A DNA stretch of 64,000 nt from an uncultured delta proteobacterium (lineage in GTDB: Bacteria; Myxococcota_A; Polyangia; Polyangiales; Houyiibacteriaceae). Shown piece after piece: positions 57,862-64,000 of the stretch; within the stretch, counting starts at the first letter, position 1; each line of letters opens with the position of its first letter. The stretch is taken from NCBI GenBank assembly GCA_963699755.1, contig CAVOVB010000001.1:672001-736000 (forward strand). The letters run 5' to 3'. A program made the translations under genes and the position numbers. The notes beneath the pieces were generated by a model, which saw nothing but the letters and a program-made list of their open reading frames with translations, was not told where the DNA came from and did not search any database.

Positions 57862-59154
57862 GTAGACCTTCGTCGGGGGAAGGCCGATCCCCGGCCCAAT
57901 CGCGCTCGACCCCACTTCGACGAAGCCGCTCTCATCCGCCGCAAACTCCAAAACCGCGTTCTCGGCCGCATCCGGCACGTAGAGCATCTCGCTTTGCGGA
58001 TCGTAGGCGGGTTCCCCGATCACGAACGAGCTCATGGATTCGTACACGAGCGTTTGCGCCCCAGTCTCGAGATCGATCAAGTACAAACCGTCCGTGGTCG
58101 TCGCGAAGTCGCCGCTTACCACCCCAAGCGCTCGCTGCGCGTCGATCGCGATTACACCGTTCACCGCAATCGCCGACGCGGGGTCGTCGGCTACCCGCCA
58201 AACCTCTTCAATTGCCACCCCGCCCTGGCCTACGTCGAGCAGCGCAATGCCTGAGGACGCCCGAACCTGCGGCTCGTCTCCAAAGGGCTGCGCGAAACCG
58301 ACGCATGCCACGACGAGCTTGCTTGGCTCCCCGGGCACAGGAACGGTGCGCCCGCAGCTCTTGAGCCCGGGCAGCTCCAGCCCCTCAACCGACTCGTCTT
58401 CGAGGTCGACGACTGCCACCATTCCCGGTCCGGCTGCGTCGAAATTGGCACTGATGCGATCGAGCCCGACGACGATGGTCGAGCCAACGAGCACGCCGCG
58501 GCTCGGTCGCGCGAAGACGTCCACCGTGAGCGCTCCGTCTCCAGTTCCTGCTCGGGCGGTCGTGTCGAGCGAAGAGAGGTCGATTCGGGCGCCCGTTGCG
58601 CTCATGTCAGAAGGATTGACCTCGAACAGGTCGTTCCCTTGGTTTTCGGGCACGGCGGCCGGATTCAAGTTCGACTCGTAACGGGGAACCCAGGCGCTGT
58701 CCGAGTGGACGAAAATGAAATCCTGTGGGTTCGAAGAGAAGCCCGAGTCTCCGATGTCGCCTTGGGTCCGCAGCTGTCCATTGAGATTCCCAGTCGGCAC
58801 GAAGAAACGAGTCACCACATCGGTGAAGAATCGATCGATCACGGCAAGCGTTCCGTCGCCGGCTTGGCGAGTGGGCAAGACCACGTCGCCCGACAGGGTG
58901 GCGACCAGACCAGGATACCTCGTCCCGGAGCTGAGCCAGCTCTCGTCGATGGCGACGAAATCGGCGTCGAGCATCGCGATGGACGAGCTGCTGAAGTCCG
59001 AGCTGAGCACCGCATAGCGCGGCGTCGACGAGAGCGGATCGAGCGCAGGGCTGCCAGGTGCGTCGCCGCCACGGCTCCGTGGATCTCCATCCCCGCAGCC
59101 GACGGCGACGAGCAAGAGACAAGTCAGCAGAGTGAATTTGAGATCCCGTTCCAT
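57850..59154 (-). CDS. Beta-propeller-like lipoprotein, probable cobalamin-uptake accessory (BtuG-like role)
   Basis: Lipobox AVGC; repeated beta blades (NPQD, LYVPD); preceded by a cobalamin riboswitch. Confidence 0.65.
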   Translation of the reverse strand: MERDLKFTLLTCLLLVAVGCGDGDPRSRGGDAPGSPALDPLSSTPRYAVLSSDFSSSSIAMLDADFVAIDESWLSSGTRYPGLVATLSGDVVLPTRQAGDGTLAVIDRFFTDVVTRFFVPTGNLNGQLRTQGDIGDSGFSSNPQDFIFVHSDSAWVPRYESNLNPAAVPENQGNDLFEVNPSDMSATGARIDLSSLDTTARAGTGDGALTVDVFARPSRGVLVGSTIVVGLDRISANFDAAGPGMVAVVDLEDESVEGLELPGLKSCGRTVPVPGEPSKLVVACVGFAQPFGDEPQVRASSGIALLDVGQGGVAIEEVWRVADDPASAIAVNGVIAIDAQRALGVVSGDFATTTDGLYLIDLETGAQTLVYESMSSFVIGEPAYDPQSEMLYVPDAAENAVLEFAADESGFVEVGSSAIGPGIGLPPTKVYLLD

Positions 59155-59228
59155 TTGCTTCCTCTCGCGTCGGGATAGGAAGGACAGGAACGAGGCACGT
59201 TCAATCGTGAAACGAAAACCATGGCCAC

Positions 59229-59430
59229 CCGCCCTCCCCGAGGCGTTTCGAGTGAGCTCACGAGGGTAGGTCTCCGGGCTGGTAACCCTAGGTTCTGCCG
59301 CCTTCCCAGGTTTTCACCCAGTGGCATCGTGGCAGCGCATTCAGTTACATACCGTGGCGGGTCCGCGTCGGCCTCTCACCGACTTCCCTCTTCAACCGAT
59401 CGGATTTCTCTCCATCGGCCTATCTCCAAC
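59229..59430 (-). promoter_or_regulatory. Cobalamin (B12) riboswitch 1, including downstream P13 hairpin
   Basis: Minus strand: AGGGAAgtcGGTGAGAggccgacgcggaCCCGCCACGGTA...GCCACTGGG...GGGAAGGC...AGCCCGGAGACCT; P13 cgcctcggggagggcg. Confidence 0.93.
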
Positions 59431-59499
59431 GGCTTCGAGGAAGCCGCCTTCGACCTTCGTAAGGACGTCAACGCTAGTTTGGCGTCGAGGAAAGTCAAC

Positions 59500-61536
59500 C
59501 TACCAGGCGTGCCGATAGCTGGCCCTTCCACTGTAGCGGCGCCCGGGAAGTGGGTAGCCCACCAGATCTTGGCCGCGAACGTCGAGCAGATCGTCGGCTC
59601 GGAACCCCAAGCCCAGGCGCCCCTCGAAAAGGAGCGCCCCGACCCCGGCGGCGAGCGCCGTGCGCGCGGAAATCTCGACGAGGTTGGCCGGGTCCTCATA
59701 GGCCTTGCCCAGATAGGCAAGCTGGAAGAACCCGAAGATGTCGGAGACCCGCTTCGACAGGGTCCCCGAGTGGACCTCCGGCTGAACATAAGCGACCCAT
59801 TCCGGCTGCACTGGCAGTTGATTGCCATTCGCTTTGTCGATCGCTTGCGTCCAGGTGACCTCGCCTTGGAGAACGAAATATTGCGTGACTCCACCGCGAA
59901 GCTCGACCTCGACGCCTCGATTACGGGCGCCGCCGATATTCTCCGCCTTGAAGGTCGAAGCCGAAGTTCTGCGAAACCGGATCGCATCGTCGAGATGGGT
60001 CAAGAACGCGCCGAGCGACGCATAGCCGCTCACCGCTTCGCGATGACCACGAAGCGTCACTGCTCCGTCGTAGGCAAGCGAGCGCTCTTGCACCAAGTCG
60101 GGGTTTCCCTCGACGTTCGTGCGGTTGCCGAAGAGCTGGAGCAACGAAGGCAACTTGAATCCGCTGCTGACTGATCCGCGAAAGGCAAGCCACTCCAAGG
60201 GCGAGATCGCCGCAGCAACCCGATAGGTCGGAAGAAGATCGGACGACTCTCCTGGCGGCTCACCAACCAACGGAGCTTCTCGAATCGCGACGCGGGTCCA
60301 AGCCAGTCGAACGCTCGACCGCAGCTCCAAACCAACTTTCCCGACGTCACCGAAGAAACGGGTTTCCAAAGTCCCCGCGGCGGTGAGGCGATCGGAAGCC
60401 GGTTCGGGAAGCGCGGAAAGCTCGTTCTTGGGATCGTATGCTTGATAGCGTGCGGTGCCAATCGTCGTGATCTCGAACCAGGGCAAGGCCATCACCGATG
60501 CAGCCACGCGTCCGAAGGCCGTATGGGTCTGGTCATCTGTGCGTCGAGGACCGCCTCTGCCTAACTCACCGAGCCTGTCGTCGAGCTGGTTTCTTCCGTA
60601 ATCGTAGTTCGCCAACACTTGGAGCCTGTACGGATGCGCCCCGTCCTGCTGTTGAAGCCATGAGGCGGAGCCGATCAGCCGGGTCGTCTGTGTGCGCGCC
60701 CGGAGCGCGGGAGTCGCACCCAGCCCCGGCTCTCCGCGCTCGCGGCCGAGGCCGAGGAGGACCAGGTCGAGCTGGCTCGATTCGCTGGTCTTGGTGCGCA
60801 TGTTTGCGAAACCGAACCCTTCGACGAAGTCGGCGTTCTGCCGGCGGCGCTCCACGTCGTCTGTGGGATCGAACAGTGTTGCGTTGTCGTCGAGGTAGGG
60901 ATAGTCGTTCCGCGCTCCTGCCCCGCCAACGGTGCCAAAGAACGAAACCTTCTTCGAGGAGGCTGCGCCAAAAACGTTCGCACGCCAAGACCCGAAGCTG
61001 CCCCCGGTCAGACGCGTCCCCACTTCGGTCTCCTCGTAGTTTCGGGGCCGAAGACGCAATACGCCGCCGATCGCACCTTCGTTCAGCCAGGCGGGCGTGC
61101 CGCCCCGAAACACCTCGAAGCCTTCGATGGCTTCCAAGGGCACCAGACTCAGGTCAAACGAGCCCGCATCGGGGCTGCTGATCGGCACGTCGCCCAACAT
61201 CACCGCAACCTGGTCGCAGGCCACGCCGCGAAGCCGAAGGCAAAACGGCGAGCCCGCCGCTCCCTCGGACACGACGCGCGTACCGGCCGATTCGAGCAGA
61301 AGCTGATCGGTCGTTTGGGCAATGATCCGGTCGCGGACAAGGACCTCGCTTCCCGCCGCGGTCGCGTCGAGCGAGTTCGTCGCGGGGATCGGTCGGGCCA
61401 CCTTGGCGGTTTCACCGAACTGAGCGGAAGCAGGAGCAGTGATCGCAACGACTGAGATGAGCGCGGAGACTGCAAGACCGACGGGACTCCTTCTCCCCCG
61501 CGCTCGCTCGATCCGCCATTTCCCGACCTCGTCCAA
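59500..61536 (-). CDS. btuB: TonB-dependent receptor, probable cobalamin transporter BtuB
   Basis: Plug LRLRG...EVFRGG...AIGGV, NPDL.ER, C-terminal PLPGRRY...W; downstream of a B12 riboswitch. Confidence 0.85.
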   Translation of the reverse strand: MDEVGKWRIERARGRRSPVGLAVSALISVVAITAPASAQFGETAKVARPIPATNSLDATAAGSEVLVRDRIIAQTTDQLLLESAGTRVVSEGAAGSPFCLRLRGVACDQVAVMLGDVPISSPDAGSFDLSLVPLEAIEGFEVFRGGTPAWLNEGAIGGVLRLRPRNYEETEVGTRLTGGSFGSWRANVFGAASSKKVSFFGTVGGAGARNDYPYLDDNATLFDPTDDVERRRQNADFVEGFGFANMRTKTSESSQLDLVLLGLGRERGEPGLGATPALRARTQTTRLIGSASWLQQQDGAHPYRLQVLANYDYGRNQLDDRLGELGRGGPRRTDDQTHTAFGRVAASVMALPWFEITTIGTARYQAYDPKNELSALPEPASDRLTAAGTLETRFFGDVGKVGLELRSSVRLAWTRVAIREAPLVGEPPGESSDLLPTYRVAAAISPLEWLAFRGSVSSGFKLPSLLQLFGNRTNVEGNPDLVQERSLAYDGAVTLRGHREAVSGYASLGAFLTHLDDAIRFRRTSASTFKAENIGGARNRGVEVELRGGVTQYFVLQGEVTWTQAIDKANGNQLPVQPEWVAYVQPEVHSGTLSKRVSDIFGFFQLAYLGKAYEDPANLVEISARTALAAGVGALLFEGRLGLGFRADDLLDVRGQDLVGYPLPGRRYSGRASYRHAW

Positions 61537-61596
61537 ATCCCGTTCCTAGATCGGGAACGGCCGATCGAACGGAACAGAAATTCCGACGCGCGACTC

Positions 61597-61790
61597 TCAC
61601 CATCCCCGAGGTGATCAGCACAAAGAACACGATCGCAGGTTTCCGGGCTCGCGACCCCAGGTCCTGTCACCTTCCCAGGCTCATCACCCAGTGGCATCAC
61701 GACAGAACATTCAGTCACATACCGTGGCGGGTCCGCGCCGGCCTCTCACCGACTTCCCTGCTTGAACCGACGATGACCGATCCGGCTTTG
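61597..61790 (-). promoter_or_regulatory. Cobalamin (B12) riboswitch 2, including downstream P13 hairpin
   Basis: Minus strand: AGGGAAgtcGGTGAGAggccggcgcggaCCCGCCACGGTA...GCCACTGGG...GGGAAGGT...AGCCCGGAAACCT; P13 cacctcggggatggtg. Confidence 0.93.
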
Positions 61791-61849
61791 AGCGTCAATC
61801 GTCCTCAACGCGTATCGATCGGTCTCGGACCGCGTGGTAAGGACGCGCA

Positions 61850-62824
61850 GTGCGGCTCTATCCCCTGTTGTTTCTGCTCTTGCTCATCGCTGCGGCCCTC
61901 GCCGTGCTGGTCGGCTCGGGCGATCTCACCGATCCGGAGCTCCGCGACACGTTTCTGAAGCTCCGCGGCTATCGCCTCGCGGCAGCGTTTCTTGCCGGGG
62001 CGGCCTTGGCAGTCGGCGGTGTCGTCGTGCAGGGCCTCTTTCGCAACCCTCTGGCGAGCCCGTCCGTGCTCGGCACGACCGCCGGCGCGAGCTTTGGCGG
62101 ACAAGTCGCCCTCCTCGCGTACGGTCTCACTGGCGCCGGAAGCAGCTTCATCGTTCCGGAAATGATCGTGCCGATCGGTTGCTTCGTCGGGGCCTTGGGG
62201 GCTTTGGCGGTTCTCCTGCTCTTCTTGCGCATCACCCACGACCTGCTCGCGCTCCTCCTGACGGGGTTCGTCCTGAGCGCGCTCTTTTTGAGTCTTAGCG
62301 CCTTCGTCACCAGCGTTGCACAGGAAACCTGGGAGCTCGGCCGGGCGGTGGTCTCTTTTTCACTTGGCTCGGTGAGCGGGACCGGGCCGCGTCAACTCTC
62401 GTTCGCTCTGCCGCTCATCGGGCTCGCGCTGGTCGCGTCCTGGTTCTGGGGGCGCTCGCTCGACCTTCTCCTGAGCGGCGAGGAAGAAGCTCAATCGATG
62501 GGCGCCAACGTTGGGGCAGCACGCTGGTGGTCGGCGATTTGGGTGAGCGTTCTGGTTGCTGGAGCCGTATCGGTAGGCGGCAACGTCGGCTTCGTAGGAC
62601 TGGTCGTGCCGCACATGCTGCGCCCTTTTGCCGGGACCAAGCATCAGCGATTGATCCCTGCGGCTGCTTTGGCCGGCGGGATCTTTCTGGTGTCCTGCGA
62701 CGTCGTCGCTCGACTGATCCCCTCTCGAAGCGAAATCCCCCTCGGCGTCGTGACCGGCCTGATCGGCGCACCACTGTTCTTGTTGCTTCTGATTCGGCTG
62801 CGCCGGGAGCGCGCTTATGCGTAA
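61850..62824 (+). CDS. btuC: FecCD/BtuC-family ABC permease (cobalamin)
   Basis: QGLFRNPLASPSVLG, GEEEAQSMG, GFVGLVVPH, EIPLGVVT.LIGAP.F. Confidence 0.88.
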   Translation: MRLYPLLFLLLLIAAALAVLVGSGDLTDPELRDTFLKLRGYRLAAAFLAGAALAVGGVVVQGLFRNPLASPSVLGTTAGASFGGQVALLAYGLTGAGSSFIVPEMIVPIGCFVGALGALAVLLLFLRITHDLLALLLTGFVLSALFLSLSAFVTSVAQETWELGRAVVSFSLGSVSGTGPRQLSFALPLIGLALVASWFWGRSLDLLLSGEEEAQSMGANVGAARWWSAIWVSVLVAGAVSVGGNVGFVGLVVPHMLRPFAGTKHQRLIPAAALAGGIFLVSCDVVARLIPSRSEIPLGVVTGLIGAPLFLLLLIRLRRERAYA

Positions 62825-63608
62825 GGGCGAAGGACACCTCGGTCTTCGCGCACGGAGCTTGAGCGTCACGCTTGGCGGCCGCAGGGTGTTGCGAGACGTA
62901 GACCTGGAGGCCCATCCCGGCGAAGTGCTCGCTCTCCTCGGTCCCAACGGAGCGGGTAAGAGCACGCTTCTCAAAGCGCTGGCGGGCTTGTTGCCTTATA
63001 AAGGCAGGGTCGATATCGGGGGGGCAGACCTTGCCCCGCTTTCGACTCGAAAAAGGGCGAGGCGGATTTCCTACGTGCCGCAACGGAGCCTGCTCCAATC
63101 TGCGCTCTCCGTGGAGGAAGTCGTCGCGCTGGGCCGTTACGTTCACGGCGGAAGCTTCGGCGGCATGTCGAGAGGCGACAAAGAGGCGATCGACCACGCA
63201 CTCGCGACCGCGCATGCCGATGCACTGCGCGATCGGATCTTCACCCAGCTCTCCGTTGGAGAACAGCAACGCGTCTTGCTTGCCCGCGCTCTCGCCTCCG
63301 ACGCACCCATCTTGCTGCTCGACGAACCGACCGCCGCGCTCGACGTCGGCGAAGCAATGGCGGTCCTGCGATTGATAAGAACGCTCGCTGCACGCAAACA
63401 CACTCTCATCGTCGTGCTCCACGACCTCGCCGATGCCCGCAGTACGACCGACCGCGCCCTCTTGCTGAGAGATGGATGTGTCGTCGAGCAGGGGGACACC
63501 CGAGACGTAGTCAGCGCTGAGCCGATTCGAGCGGTTTACGGTGTGAGGCTCATCGAGAATGCACGCATCGGTTTCGAGCCCGACTCTGAAACCCCGAACC
63601 CGGAGTGA
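62817..63608 (+). CDS. btuD: ABC transporter ATP-binding protein (BtuD/FepC-like)
   Basis: GPNGAGKST, LSVGEQQR, LLDEPT, VLHD. Confidence 0.88.
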   Translation: MRKGEGHLGLRARSLSVTLGGRRVLRDVDLEAHPGEVLALLGPNGAGKSTLLKALAGLLPYKGRVDIGGADLAPLSTRKRARRISYVPQRSLLQSALSVEEVVALGRYVHGGSFGGMSRGDKEAIDHALATAHADALRDRIFTQLSVGEQQRVLLARALASDAPILLLDEPTAALDVGEAMAVLRLIRTLAARKHTLIVVLHDLADARSTTDRALLLRDGCVVEQGDTRDVVSAEPIRAVYGVRLIENARIGFEPDSETPNPE

Positions 63609-63609
63609 C

Positions 63610-64000
63610 GTGAAGCGGGTCAACATCATCAACGGGGCGCTCCTTTTCGTGGCGGTTCTGACGAGCGCGATTCTCACCGCTGCCATCTCGAAGAGAACGC
63701 CGCTCGAGGACTCGCTTACCGGAGTGCGAACCGTCGAAGACGCGGCCGGACGGCCCATCGCGGCGCGGGAATACGTCCGCATCGTCAGCACGAGCACCAT
63801 CGCGGATCAGGTTCTCATCGAGATCATCGCGCCCGAGCGCTTGCTCGCGGTCAGCGCCCATACCCTACGCTCCCGAGACGCACGCCCCTACGAAGACAAA
63901 ATCGGCGTCGAGCACGCACGTGACATCGAGACGATCATCGAGCTTCGACCCGATATCGTCTTCATCAACAACTTCATCGACCAACGCCAGGTCGAGCGGC
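63610..64000 (+). CDS. btuF: Periplasmic binding protein (BtuF-like), 5' part; runs off the window edge
   Basis: Manual translation from GTG 63610: ...VEDAAGR...RIVST...LLAVS...IETIIELRPDIVF. Confidence 0.8.
   Translation, partial: MKRVNIINGALLFVAVLTSAILTAAISKRTPLEDSLTGVRTVEDAAGRPIAAREYVRIVSTSTIADQVLIEIIAPERLLAVSAHTLRSRDARPYEDKIGVEHARDIETIIELRPDIVFINNFIDQRQVER

Noticed and set aside
61850..64000. Heme or siderophore ABC importer
   Set aside because: Same superfamily, but adjacency to two cobalamin riboswitches favours B12; not fully excluded.

Overview
GC-rich bacterial window, most likely from Myxococcota (Polyangia-like); this is inferred from gene content. No rRNA, tRNA, CRISPR array or mobile element was seen. 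The most notable block (about 18.7-35.1 kb) is a sterol-processing island. It holds CYP51 with a divergent 3Fe-4S-type ferredoxin, a plant-type cycloeucalenol cycloisomerase (CPI1) and an EBP-like isomerase. It also holds a TetR-controlled divergon: membrane-anchored KshB-like reductase, sterol-desaturase-family hydroxylase and NSDHL/Erg26-like enzyme on one side, ALDH and GMC oxidoreductase on the other. Ring-cleavage genes hsaC/hsaD-like lie within the same island, and the hsaD-like gene has a perfect KstR-type box upstream. No oxidosqualene cyclase is in the window, so the island may serve to strip and degrade methylated/cyclopropyl sterols (inference). Other content: a pgsB-pgsC-pgsW poly-gamma-glutamate operon; three DUF1592-type/DUF1552 pairs, two sharing an identical 15-bp upstream motif; a LinD-like lipoprotein; an internally deleted sulfotransferase; rmlBACD; and a B12 uptake locus with two near-identical cobalamin riboswitches. 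All family assignments come from motif recognition by eye, not from database searches.
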